Shown here: positions 39,099 through 52,638 of the stretch, one piece after another
How the letters are laid out: each line of letters starts with the position of its first letter
How positions within the stretch are numbered: position 1 is the first letter of the stretch
DNA from: Octopus sinensis
Lineage: Eukaryota
NCBI RefSeq assembly: GCF_006345805.1
Contig: NC_043002.1
Location: forward strand, 4,650,001-4,714,000
Direction of reading: 5' to 3'
DNA: 64,000 nucleotides
Notes under the pieces: generated by a model
Told to the model about the DNA's origin: nothing
The model's database searches: none
Seen by the model: only the letters and a program-made list of their open reading frames with translations
Position numbers and translations under genes: made by a program

Positions 39099-39632
39099 GA
39101 ACAACAACCATCACCACCAACACCACCATCACTGCCACCACAATAACAACTCTCACTAACAGCACGAGCAGAATTGGCAGACATCTTCATTTGTGATTTC
39201 ATACACAGTATTGTTGTTAGTGTTGTCACTGTCATCGTTGCTGCAGTCACTCGTGTTGTTGTTGTTGCTGTTGTTGTCCCCGTGGTTATTGCCGCCGTTG
39301 TTCTCTTTGCTGTTGTCACCATAGTTTATCTTTTATTATTAAAATTTTATTTTTTATATGAGGAAACAATTGCTATTTTGAAAGAAGTAAGCGCGGCGTT
39401 AATGTTTGTATTATGCACGCCATCTCTAAAGTCTCGAAATTGCAACAGAGAACACTAGAGAATGCTGTAACTATGAATAATATTATCTAAAGAGTCTTGG
39501 TTCTTCAAAAACGGCACTGTTGATTATTCAAAATACCGCTATCGTTCATTGTTTTATGAGCATTATATATACATATACATATACATATATATACATATAT
39601 ATATACACATATATGTATATCTATATCTATAC

Positions 39633-39663
<31 letters not shown>

Positions 39664-39768
39664 CGTACATATATATATATATATACTATATATATACATA
39701 TATTATTATATATATATATACATATACATATATATTGTATACATATATGTGTATATATATATATATGT

Positions 39769-39829
<61 letters not shown>

Positions 39830-39910
39830 ATTATATATATATATATATATATTATAGGTTTATATATATAATATATCTATATATATATATATATATATAC
39901 ATATATATAT

Positions 39911-39949
<39 letters not shown>

Positions 39950-40790
39950 GTATACATGTGTGTGTGGCTGAGATATATATATATATGTTAAGGTATAAAT
40001 GTAATATTGCTCTTTGGTGAATGTGCATGACTGTAAGTGTATATGCTTTGTTTGTGTGTGTGTATGTGTTTATGGTATTCTATGTACATTGCATGTGAAT
40101 GTCGACATGTATGCTTGCATGTTGCTTTCTGTGTGTAGGCATATTCCTGCAACTGCTACGTTCTTTTATGGATGTATACACTTACACACACACACACACA
40201 CCACACACTATTATTTTAGTTCTGCATTTAAACCAGCAACGTTTGTGGCTAGTATAACTGATTGATTTAGGATAAAAATTGATGTAAATTAATTGAATAT
40301 AAATTAATTTATGTTAATTATGTATCTTAATTACGTAATTATATAATTAATGATGTTTATTCTTAGTGAAACAGCTGTTGAAGGTAATTAAATTATGATC
40401 TTTCTGTAAAATTTATACTGTTATGTTTTTTATTCTCTATGTATTTATAAATGTATATAGGAAGGTGTGTATTTGTATTTATGTATGCATGTATATATAT
40501 GTGAGCAAGTATATATATGTATATATGAATCATATGCCATATATGTTTGTATGTATGTAGCTATGTATGAATGTATGTATGCTTTTGTTTCCAGATTTAA
40601 GTTCAAAAACTGTAAGCCAGTCACAAATAGGACGATTTTGTTTGAGTCACGAACAGTTCCAAGGATTTGTGAAGATAATGAACAGTCAGAGTCAGCGTCA
40701 GTGTGTGTGTGTATGTATATAGTAAGAAAAAGGGAGGAGGAGAATTTCGATTATACCCACGTAGTGAGTTGTAATACAATATGTATATGT

Positions 40791-40839
<49 letters not shown>

Positions 40840-41569
40840 GAAGGGAAAGGAACACAGTTTACATAGGTTTCATATATTTTATAAATGAAAGAGTTTTGTG
40901 TTTGTCGACCGGTTTCACTGTCGCTAATCATGACATTGAAATTATTGTAATTTCGTATTTTCTTTATGAAGATTTTAGTCCATGTTGTGTATGGAGATTT
41001 GTGAATAAAATGAATCAAAAGGTAGAAAAATCTAAGGGGAGGTAATTGCTCATTTTTGGGGAGGGGGTAAATAAATATACAAAATTTCAAAAAGATGAAA
41101 CATTTACGGTGATGTGTATGTGAACATGAATTAAAATATATACTGAGATCAAAGTTGGTTATGCGTTCTTATTTTGTGGTGTTCAGTATTTTACTATGAC
41201 TATTCTTTATTTATACGTTCTTGTACAGAAATTGTTTTTTTGCACTGGTAAATGAGGAAAACTGTGAAGCTTGGTTGGATATTACCAGCACATCTCTATG
41301 TGTTCACTCAAAGGAATATGTTTGTACTGTGGCAAACGGATCCGTTCCTTATGCTGAAAGGAGACGCTAAATCGTCGAACCACATTAACTATCATCATTA
41401 TTATTATTATCACACACGGGTCGAAATTCCCATTCACTTTGGGAGAGTTTAGCCACTTTAGCCAGTTTAACCAGTCTAGCCACTTACGTGCTATTCTTGA
41501 CTGGCTACACATGTGTCGAAGCTTGCCATGGAATTTGATATAGATATATTTGGGGTACTTATACACATT

Positions 41570-42309
41570 CATAACATTGCTTCTGCTTTTCCATAATGTT
41601 ATCGAATAAAGCTACCTAAATCATCTACATGTTTGAATCAAATGGTCCTGGTTCATTTTGGACATTACTTTGACCAGGGCAGCTTTCAAAGAATCTTTGG
41701 TGTTATGGGCGTGTTCACTGACCTCCCTCTCAACAACGCTCCACATGTTTTGAGATCCGGGGAATTAGGAGGCCAAATGTTAGGGGTTATGTGACCCTGA
41801 AAATTTTCAGCCATTTATTCCTGTGTTACTAGAGCCATGTTTGATAGTGCAGAGTCTTACTGAAACACATATGGCCTTCCATTACATACACTGTCTATCC
41901 AGGGCTTAACAATTGTTTCCAGGGCCTCAATGTAGGTGGCAGAGTTAACTCTAAGGCTTTGTGGAAAGAAGTAAGGAGGAATCATATTCCCTTCATTGCT
42001 GATGACCCCTAAAACCATTACAGTCTCAGGAAATTTTGTATGTATAACACTTGGAACTTCAGAAGGGTCTGCACATAACCATCTGTCATTTCTTCTGTTG
42101 ACTTTTTGATCTTGGTCGATGTTTTTCTCGTTTGAAAAAAAACTAAATCAAATCTTCTACTGGATTTTTCAGTTTGTTTAAGAACCTTTTAGATCTGATG
42201 TAGTGATTTTCTTTTGCATCTTCTGACAAATTGACCTTTCCTCATCATAAAAGATCTGATGTCTTCGTGGGCAACATTTCTGGCTGTTCCTTCATGGAGA
42301 TCTTTTGCA

Positions 42310-42312
<3 letters not shown>
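41570..42312 (-). mobile_element. Tc1/mariner superfamily, maT (DD37D)-like transposase remnant
   Basis: FSNEKNIDQDQKVNRRNDRWLC..KFPETVMVLGVISNEG..VFQ*DSA..IWPPNSPDL. Confidence 0.85.
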
Positions 42313-42349
<37 letters not shown>

Positions 42350-42599
42350 TGTAAAATGTCTCAGAGTTTTTTTTTATTGCTGATGCTGTCAATAAATCTA
42401 GTGTTGGTGTTGACTGAAGTATAGAAGACGGGACCTGTAACAATGCGCCAAATATAACTGTATTTATGATGGTTACACAACAGAAGAATAGACAACAGGA
42501 AAATGTTTAATTCGGTCAGAGAATTATGATGTCATAGTTGATAAATTTGAAAAAATGAATTCCAGAAATTTATTCTCAATATCTAAAAAGGCTGAAGAT

Positions 42600-43410
42600 T
42601 GTGAAGACGTGAGCAGAATTGTCCTGCGTAAGAAAAACCAACCACTATGACGTCATAATATAATGGCATCGAAATTTGTAAAAGATATACGGTACAATGG
42701 GAAAAAGTTACGAACTCTATCGGTTCCTTTCGATTTTCTGTGCAGGATTATGACGTCATAGGATGCACTGTTCAGCATTATTTTCGTTGTCAAAATTATT
42801 GGAGTGGTTTCAGAGTATGTTAGACATTTTCATTTTCTATAAGTTTAATTGAATGAGCAATTGGTAAAGATGTCTGAATCTTTTGGTGGAGCTGCCTATA
42901 AAATGCCACCAATTTCGAGCTCAGTATTCTGGTAGACTAAGGCGGCGAGCTGGCAGAGTCGTTAGCATGCCGAGAAAAATGCTTAGCGGCATTTCGTCAA
43001 TCTTTATGATTTGAGTTCAAATTCTGCTGCAGTCGATTGTTCCTTTCATCCTGTTGGGGTCGATAGAATAAGTACCAGTTGAGCACTGGGATCGATGCAA
43101 TCGATTTAGTCCCTTCCTCTAAATTGCTGACCTTATGCCAAAATTTGAAACAAATTTTCTGCTTGGAAAGAAAGATGAAGGATGTTATTGCAGTAGACAG
43201 GATTTTCATCTTCGTTGAAATAAGGAAAAACTGTCTCTGCTGATATTTCAGTTTCTGGTTGAAGCCAGTTCTTTCCTTTTGGTTTGGATGCTAAGGTTTG
43301 GCAAACTGCTATGACAGCCTGAGGTCTCGTATCATTTCATTAAGTTCTTTTGGGGGGAACTGCTTTGAGGTGAAAAAAAAAACAAACTTACTGCGGATTC
43401 GTTTTTACTG
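42600..43410 (+). repeat. Old duplicated segment, copy 1 (paralogous to 49250-50550); carries a family C SINE at 42940-43151
   Basis: Colinear blocks shared with copy 2, e.g. attattttcgttgtcaaaattatt, aagtttaattgaat, ctgaggtctcgtat. Confidence 0.8.
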
Positions 43411-43596
43411 CTACCTTATTTAATACACACCAAGATATGCTTTTCTTCAATATCGAACGAAGGAAAGTCAGACAGAGAGGTATACTCAGGTATGAGAATT
43501 TCTTTACAATGTGATACAGGTAGTTTTTCAGATTACAAATCAGAATATCCCCTTGGAATTTAAAAAAAAATTGAAACTTCTCACATTAACAAAAAC

Positions 43597-43631
<35 letters not shown>

Positions 43632-46600
43632 TAATAATAATAATAATAATAACAATCATTGTGGTGGTTTTGTGGCTCTCGTCACACCACAGATTATCCG
43701 AAATTAAAATTTTATCTGTCTATTTATCCATTATCGAAAGGACTCTACACAGGATTTGCATATTTTATGGGGAGATCATGACTTATCTTGATTTACTCTA
43801 AAATAAGAAAGAATAAAAAAAGATACGCATATTTTACAAAGTCAATGCTTTTCTCTTGTATATTTGCCACCGACGTAGCAGAATGCATTTGGGTTGTTCA
43901 AACAGGCTCTTCGGGAAGAACTCATTTTTACTTCTTTATTTCATAAAAAATAATAAATAAATAAATAGAAATAATTATTAAATCCTAACAGACAAGTAAT
44001 AAAAAAGTTTGCAATATGACAAAATTAAGTAATAATTTCGAAGGAAATAATATTAAAACGTTGGTAAATAAGTTATTTTTTTTATTAAACATTACTAGTT
44101 CGAGGGTTCTTTGGTACCACCTTGTATGTAGATAAAAACTGTGCTCCATCTGTTTGTAAATATGCTTGAAGAATTAAAAACTTCAACAGTGATATAAGAT
44201 ATCTTCTGGTGGGCATCCTTAACTGGTCAAGTTGCCGAATGTCAAGAGTATTGTGACTCCTGACCAAACATAGCACATACCAAATTTTTTTTTAATGATT
44301 TAGAAAAATCTCAGTGTATCATAGAGATTTGAAGGGTATTATTTATTTCATAAGCTAAAGCCAATCTGGCGAAATCGATGTCAGTTTTGGATTCGCCACG
44401 CTCAAATTACCATATATTTATTCTATTATTTTTGGCAACTAAACACGCACACACACATGTACACACATACACAAACAAACACACACACACACAAACACAC
44501 ATGTATAGACACACACATACACACACATAATTTTGTTGTTGGCCACTGATATAAAATATCTTCAAAATATTTTCTTTCATCAAAGAGCTCTCGCTTCAGG
44601 TAGCAGCCTTTCGATTTCGGAATGACAATCGACTCGCTTTCGTCAATCAACAAAGAGGAGACTGGAACTATAGCAGCTCTGAGATTGTTATAAAGGGGTA
44701 GATAACCAGGTAATGATACCGCAAGATGGAGCTAGTTTCTCGATTCGACGATACAAGCTGTTACAGTCATTTGTAAAGTATCATTACTATAAAACTCCTT
44801 AGTTTAACAAAGTTGAAAACCCAGAATTAAATCAGTATTTTAATCTGTTTTTCATTACAACTTGATGCATACATACATACATACATACATACATACATAC
44901 ATACATTATGGCTGCAAAATCGTGTTCGAGTATTGCCCTCGTCTGATCGAAAGTCCTACACATGCGAATGCTATGACCAGCCATTTTTGTGACAGGTCTT
45001 ACTTTTTTTCAAGCGATGCCTATGCATGATTTTTTTTTATAGTGGGGGAAAAAGGATTTGCACAAATCTAATTCCACCCTCTGAACATGGGCAACGTGAG
45101 CTCGGAAAGAAGAACTAGTTTACATCATCGAATATTGTCAGTGTCGCAGGTTTTCTCTCAGAGTTTCCGTCTCCTAGAGAGATGTGACAACCGCGCGCCT
45201 GGACACCAGCCCAGGTATTTCCACGTCTCCGCGCATACATACATCAATACACACACATGTACACAGATTGTTGGATAGCCGTTGATTGCTCATGAGCTCT
45301 TCCGCCCTTTCACAGATCTTATTTTACGTCCTGCAGGATGTTCAACAATCACCCGTCTCGCCAAGCAAGCTTGATGGGGTGGCCAGTTTAGTCGCCGACG
45401 ACTCGACAATTTCATTAGTTATGATACCCGTAATTGTATTCTCCATTAATTAATTTCATATTTCTGTAACAAAGTCATCATGTCTGAAACTTACAATTAC
45501 TGATATAGGTGTAAAGTGAAAAAGATGAAATCCCAAAGTTCAAAATGACGTCAGGGTTTGTTTTGGTTCTTCAGATGTCAACGTCCACCAACATACCACA
45601 GAAGGTTGTGCAGACAGTTCAAAAACACGGGAGGTTGGTCAAATAAAGAAATGGCTCCAGAAAGTTCTTCTAAGACTATGCAATTAAAAAAACAAAAGTG
45701 ATTCGGCTTTTATCGCACAAGTGAATTAAGGAGTTAAAAATTGTTTAAAAGGCGACTATTTCGTAAGATGTGCTCGCGAGGAGCAGTCGCTCCCTTTGCT
45801 TCCCTATTAGCTATGCCACTGAAGTTACTGGATATCAAGTGAGGCAAACTTGGGATATCCTCCTTATGTACTCCTGGATTATGAAACAATATTGAACTGA
45901 CTAACGTTCTTCGACTCTCACTCTTTTGCAATTCATACTCCTTCTACACTGATCCATTACTTCGGCCACCTTGCCACCTTACTTCGGCCACCTGTATCAT
46001 CTTCAGGATTCTTCAGAGCGTGAGGAATATCTCTGGGTGGTTCTTGTAAATCTTGTAAGGTATTCCACCCAGTCCGTGTGCTCAACCTGTTCGCCTCCGT
46101 TAGCCGGGTTCCTTTCTACGGAATTCTAGAGCTATTGAAAATAATTTTTTATCAAAGACTCCTAGTTACTAAGGTCTTGGTCAAGGGATCCCTCCTCCGA
46201 TGAATCTCCGAAGTAACTGCTTAGCTTTTAAAGACGTGACCTAGCTGCATTGTTTATTCCTCAGCAGCTGTTTCGTGAACCCATTTTGATATGTTAGAAA
46301 GACAGTTCGTTTCCGAGTCATCCTTGTTTTCTATGCCACCAAGTTCTCCTCAGGGCCATGAAGTCCTAGTTGAGAATGCTCCGCACCTCCATGTGAGCCC
46401 CCACTTCTCTCTTGCCTCCAGCGCTTCTGCTCTTCAGTCTCCAGCTCTTCAGCTCCGACTTTTGCTGATGAATCGTACTTGTCCTGTTTCTTATGATAGA
46501 GGCAAGTTTAGCCGTGCTTTACTCCACCTCGACCTCAGTCGGTCATTATTTAGAGGCGACCTCCCGCACCACTCCTGATTTCAGGAGAGAATCGATAACT

Positions 46601-46856
46601 TCGTCAGATCAAAACTCCTTCGCCATGTTAGCTTGGAGTCATTTTACTCGGCGTTATTCTGGGGTTAACGGGCAACTGAGATTGCGACACCTGGAAATTT
46701 GGGGAACTTTGGATTGATTCCGAGCCTGACATCTCATTTGTTTCATCAAAGTTTGCTTGTGTGTGCTGTAGAACGTCTACTGTCTGTACGCATTTGATCT
46801 TAGTTTGACGAGTTCCGAGTTTCTTTAGTAGCTTCCCGGAAATACTTTTTGAGACC

Positions 46857-47194
46857 TACGGAGATGTACTCGCATAGCAAGTGACCTGATCTGAGATCGT
46901 GTCCTGAAACGAAAACAATTGCAGCGTGGAAGGTGTTTGTAAGCCATTTAAGAAACACACAAAAGCCGTTCCATTCACTTCAACATTTAAGTTTAATTTG
47001 TCAATATATTTTCGTCGCTAAAATCCGCGACCTGTTCACTGACAAAAGAGATGCAGCACGGACTTTTGTCAGTGAACAGGTCGCGGATTTTAGCGACGAA
47101 AATATATTGACAAATTAAACTTAAATGTTGAAGTGAATGGAACGGCTTTTGTGTTTCTTAAATGGCTTACAAACACCTTCCACGCTGCAATTGT
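46857..47194 (-). mobile_element. Penelope-like hairpin insertion E1 with 12-bp TSD
   Basis: Arms 46915-47048 and 47063-47194, 58-nt extension, TSD ctttttgagacc at 46845-46856 and 47195-47206. Minus-strand ORF start MAYKHLPRCNCFRFRTRSQIRSLAMRVHLR. Confidence 0.8.
47065..47114 (+). ncRNA. Non-canonical minimal hammerhead-like motif (G3-C8 core)
   Basis: TTTGTCA-GTGAACA-G-GTCGC(ggatttta)GCGAC-GAAA-ATAT-AT-TGACAAA; mirrored in the other arm. Position 16.1 is A in this copy. Confidence 0.55.
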
Positions 47195-47270
47195 CTTTTT
47201 GAGACCGATGTATCATTAACCATTGGTGCGACAGAATGATAGACAAACAATCATTCACACATACACGCGT

Positions 47271-47348
<78 letters not shown>

Positions 47349-48193
47349 CTTTGTATAATTGAAGTGTTTCTCTAAAATATGTGTCCTTTACTTTTTATAA
47401 CCTAGCATTTGGACAAACAGACTGGAATAAAATACGTACGACACTGGAATAAATAATGGTGTGGATATGCTCGACTGAAAGTCTCCGACGGTGGTACAAT
47501 TGTTGATTTATTTGATAACACAGAAACGAGTGAAAGGACAAAATATTTTCAATTCATACGATATATCTCTCTTAAAATATTACAGCATAAATTCTTTATT
47601 TTCTTATGCCCCGCAATTTAGAAATGCCCGTTAGCTTCAGATTGGAACCTCAAGCAGGTTTTCTGCGCTGAAAGAGAGTGATTGAGAATTTACAGTTACC
47701 CGTAACGGCATAGACATCTCGCAACCATGTTGTGACTCCAACCAGCAAGCTGTCGATGGTGTTTAAAGACTCAAAGATTATGTTGTAAAAGAGGAGCGGA
47801 TCTCCGCCTGTCTGTCCGTCACAACATCAATTAGAAAGAGGGAAAAAAGGGGAGGAATCAAAATATATTTCACAATGTAGTTTTAGAACAAGAGGAGAAA
47901 GGATGAGAAAGAAACACAGTGAGAGAAATACAGTGAGAGAGGGAGAAAGAGAGAGAGAGAGGGAGAGAGTGTGGGTGTGTGTATGCGTGAAGAAAAAAAA
48001 GATACATACACATAGATACATACATAAATAGGTATTGTTGCTATAGTAACTAACAAGTTTTGATTAAAAACGCGGCAGTTTTAAGTGCGAGTCTGTGAAT
48101 ACAACGAAGTACACTTAAAAAGAACACTTTCATTATATAACAATATATATAGTCATTTTTGGGTTGTTTGTATTTCTTTGTGTGTGTGTGTGT

Positions 48194-48245
<52 letters not shown>

Positions 48246-49394
48246 GTGTGTGTGTTTATGTCTTCCAACACAGAGGCAACGCAACGCATACTAAAAAAGA
48301 CTGTCACTGTAATGACAGATTGTTGATGTCGAGAAAAAAATTCAGGGACAGATAGATTGATAGAGAAAGAGAGTGTGTGTGTGGGGGGTGGGGGTTGAAA
48401 GATAAAATTAAAAATTGCTTCAAGGAAAAACAGGCTGATGTTGTTGAGAGTACAATACAGTGTGTGAGAGAGAGAGAGAGAGAGAGAGAAAGAAAGAGCG
48501 TGTGTTTGTGTATGTGTGAAAGATAGGTAGACTGTTGCCACCATAGTAATTAACAAAGTTTTCATTACATAATAGTCTGCTATTAAAAGAAGGTACTTTT
48601 ATGACTAATAAATGTTTTTACCGGCAGCGTAGCGACGGATTAGACCTAGAGTTCATACAACCGACCCTGGAAATTTGATTGACCGTCTTGACTACGTGTA
48701 GTTACAAATGGTTATTTCTTAATTCCAATTTTTGTCTAATTTTTTATAGTATTTGTAGTCACTTGATATGAACAAATTAAAGCATATTATCACAGGAATG
48801 ATAAATATTTGATGTATCAAATTGTAAGAGAAAAGAAATAAAAATGTCGATTTATTCCCTTAGTTTCAGTTTTGCTAAAACGAGAATTATGTTTGCATCA
48901 ATGATAGCATTGTAAATAAATGGAACAGCCTGCAGCTAGTTTTCAAAATCGTTACGGACCCCTACTCGACATATACGATTTGTTCAATGACTAAATATCT
49001 GATAATGTGAGCACACACACGAACACACACAAATGCATATGTGTCTGTGTGTGTGAGGGGTTTGTATGAATGTGTTTATGTGTGTGTCTGTGCTTGTGCG
49101 CGTGTTTATGTGTGTGCGTGTGTTTGTGTGTGTATGTGTAATTTCAAATGCTTACCTATCACACATTTAAATGTTTCATTGCTATATAGCTTACAGACAA
49201 TGCTGTTTATATCCGGTTGGTGTTGACTGACGCACTGAATGTTGGGAAAACGAAAGCAGATTTTCCCGCGCAAGAGATATTGGCACATTATGACGTCATA
49301 ATGTAATGGTATCGAAATTTCTAAAAGATATATGGTACATACGGCACAATTGGAAAAAGTTACCACCTACTCGTATATTATTCTTTTTTTATTC

Positions 49395-49792
49395 TTTTAT
49401 TCTTTTACTTGTTTCAGTCATTTGACTGCGGCCATGCTGGAGCACCGCCTTTAATCGAGCAATCGACCCCGGGACTTATTCTTTTGTAAGCCCAGTACTT
49501 ATTCTATCGGTCTCTTTTGCCGAACCGCTAAGTAACGGGGACATAAACACACCAGCATCGGTTGTCAAGCAATGCTAGGGGGACAAACACAGACACACAA
49601 GCACACACACGCATATATATACATATATACGACGGGCTTCTTTCAGTTTCCGTCTACCAAATACACTCACAAGGCTTTGGTCGGCCCGAGGCTATAGTAG
49701 AAGACACTTGCCCAACGTGCCACGCAGTGGGACTGAACCCAGAACCATGTGGTTCGTAAGCACGCTACTTACCACACAGCCACTCCTGCGCC
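49395..49792 (-). mobile_element. Full-length family A SINE
   Basis: Reverse complement of the 36282 copy. Confidence 0.88.
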
Positions 49793-49923
49793 TTTTATTA
49801 GTTCCTTTCAATTTTATATGTAGGATTATAAGAGCATAACAGAATACATTGTTCAACATTATTTTCGTTGTCAAAATTATTGAAGTGGTTTCAGGATATG
49901 TTTGAGATTATCATATTCTTTAA

Positions 49924-50195
49924 TCTGTTGTGTCTGGGGAGAGTCATTTTCTTTTTGTGCCTTATAATATAACACACTCACCGGTAAAATTTCCACTTTT
50001 TTGTTCCTTATTTTTATTTTCCTAAAATCTTCGTTGCGTCTTGCAACCTTTTCAATAGTTTTACCGGAAATGTTACCGGTGAGTGTGTTGTATTATAAGG
50101 CACAAAAAGAAAATGACTCTCCCTAGACACAACAGAATATGCTTCAACACACGATCTCACATAAAGAATCTTGCTAACCAAATTCCCCGCAAAAA
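49924..50195 (+). mobile_element. Penelope-like hairpin insertion E2 with 12-bp TSD
   Basis: Arms 49924-49987 and 50073-50136, 59-nt extension, TSD catattctttaa at 49912-49923 and 50196-50207, empty paralogous site near 42831. ORF start MTLPRHNRICFNTRSHIKNLANQIPRK at 50113. Confidence 0.8.
50022..50058 (-). ncRNA. Non-canonical minimal hammerhead-like motif (U3-A8 core)
   Basis: CTA-TTGAAAA-G-GTTGC(aagac)GCAAC-GAAG-ATTT-TAG. Position 15.1 is G in this copy. Confidence 0.45.
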
Positions 50196-50962
50196 CATAT
50201 TCTTTAAGTTTAATTGAATAAGCAATTGGTGAAGATGTCTAGCGGTTTCATTGTGTAATAAAAGACATCTGAATCTTCTGGCGGAGAACCACAACAATCT
50301 TGTGCTAAGTTTTCAGGCTGACAAATTTAGAAAGAAAGATCAGAGACATTACTGCAGCAGACAAGATTTCCATATTCGTTGAAGTAGAAATGAAATCTTT
50401 GTTCTCTTTTTCGATTGGCTGTTACTTCAGTTTCTGGTCGTAAACAGTTCTTTTATTTTGACCTGGATGATTATGTTCGGTAGGCTGCTTTGATAAACTG
50501 AGGTCTCGTATTAAGTTTTTTTTTTCTTTGGTGTTAAAAACTTACTGCTTCTTCTCTTTTACTTGTTTCAGTCATTAGACTGCGGCCATGCTGGAGCACC
50601 GCCTTAAAAGGAAATGAAGATATTCACGTGTCGAGAAAAAAGCTCAATTTTCAAGTGCTCTTTCCTTGATCCGTGTGTGGCATATATCTCTTCATTTTCA
50701 CTGTTACCATCTATATACACACCAAGCTGTGTCTCGGTCTCATCAATAACATTATTGATGAGACCGAATGGGACACATTTACAAATGCACATAAACACAA
50801 GCATACTCACACAATTGTATATAAAAGCTTGTTTTTTTTTTTAAAGTTTGTCTCACTTTATATCCAGTAACTTAGTTGTTCTATAAAGTGTTATATAAAG
50901 TTGTTATAAAAGTGTTGAATAAAATAAGTACGAAGCCGAAATAAGTGTAAATAGGGAAATAT

Positions 50963-51009
<47 letters not shown>

Positions 51010-52139
51010 TATTATATAAAATATATATATAAATATATATATGTCATATGTCACACTACTTATGTATTATATATATATGAAACTGAGAATGTGTGTCTGT
51101 CTCTCTGTCCGTATATATAAGAGGAAGAAACAAGAAACTGGTTACAGTAGAGACGGAGAAAGAGAAGGTCCTAGACTCAGAGAAGAGTATAGAGGAATCT
51201 ATATACATCTATATACATACAATAGAGAGATGCTTTTGTTTCACTTTTAACACGTAATACTGAAATAGTGGAAAAGATGTGATATTGCTATGGGCTCGCC
51301 CTAGGCAAGAAGTTAAACATGACTATCAGGGAGCTGATGTTGTCCCAGCCTACCGAGTTGGTTGACAACAACAAATCGATCGCCAGTCTCAAAACAAGAG
51401 GTTGCTACTTAAAGCGAGATCTGTTTTGCTTCACTTGTCTTTATTTTCAACTCTATAGTTGCTCTATAGCTAACTTCAGGCGTAGCAACTTTTACGATCC
51501 AATTGGCTGCCGGGAATAAGAAGGAAAGCTTTCTTAACTTTACAGTTTTTACACATATTTAATCTAGGGATGTTTCCACAGAAAAAGAGAAAAACACCCA
51601 GGCAGCCTGATCTGTCGGAATTTAAATGTTACACAACATTAATATACTGGAAGGATGGCCGCGTGAATGTAATTAATTATGAAGATAATTACAGATTGCT
51701 AATATAACTACAGTTAAAACATACGAGTAATATCCATTCAATGCCTCAGTGTAGGTGTCTGATTCTGTGTGTGTGTGTGTTGTGTGTGTGTGTGTGTGTG
51801 GAATCAAAGGGTTACATATCATATACCCAACGCAGTATCACAGTGCTATATTTATTGACAAGGCTCTCTATAAATCCAGTGTTGGTGTCTACTGAAGCAT
51901 TGAAGATATGGAGACGAATGCAAAATACGCCGCATAAGAATCTGCTTATAATGATGACATAAAGGAATTCTATCGAAATTCTGAAACGAAACATAAGAGT
52001 AGAGGAAAAATATAAATTGCTAATTATAAGATTTTCTTTGTTTAATTATAGGATTGAAATGACGTCATAAAATAATATTTGAGAAGGTCTTCATGAAATC
52101 AATGAAACGATTTAAAATGGTTATTTCTTAAAAATTATT

Positions 52140-52464
52140 AGGCTTAACTGTAGATAAGAAGCTTGTTTCCCAATCACAGGATTCCGGGTCCAGTCCCTCT
52201 GCATGGCACCTCGAGCAAGTGCCTTCTACTATAGCCATGGGCCGACCAAAGTGGATTTGGTATAAGGAAACTGAAGTATGTATGTGTGTTTGTGCGTGTG
52301 ATTATGCCTGTGGTTGTCTCCCTTCAGGGGAGGATAAACACAACATCTGATGTCGGTGTGTTTAAGCTTCCGTAACTTAGCGGTTCGGCAAAAGACACCG
52401 ATGAATATGTATCAGGCTTTAAAAAAAGTACTGGGATCGATTCGTTCGACTAAAATTCTTCAGG
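52140..52464 (+). mobile_element. Degenerate family A SINE
   Basis: gggtccagtccc..ggccgaccaaag..cgtaacttagcggttcggcaaaaga. Confidence 0.65.
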
Positions 52465-52598
52465 GTATTTTCAAGTTAAAAGAAAGATGGAGACGCATTG
52501 TGCAACAAAATGGTTCATGTTTGGTTGATAAAAAATGTAATGGCATGTATTTATTGACCTTTTTCTTTCCTTTAAAAATCGGCACAAACTTTCCGGAC

Positions 52599-52606
<8 letters not shown>
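52465..52606 (+). mobile_element. Mariner 3' end with right TIR
   Basis: GIFKLKERWRRIVQQNGSCLVD, then a TIR ending ctttccggacaatccaata at (TA)n. A similar TIR stub lies at ~4061-4095. Confidence 0.75.

Positions 52607-52638
<32 letters not shown>

Larger units (their letters stand above)
49250..50550 (+). repeat. Old duplicated segment, copy 2, interrupted by a SINE and a PLE-like insertion
   Basis: Colinear with 42600-43410, which shows the empty site of the PLE-like insertion. Confidence 0.8.

Noticed and set aside
45730-46720. Coding-like unique stretch, possibly a decayed LINE ORF1 or host exons
   Set aside because: No recognisable motif or sustained frame could be established by eye.
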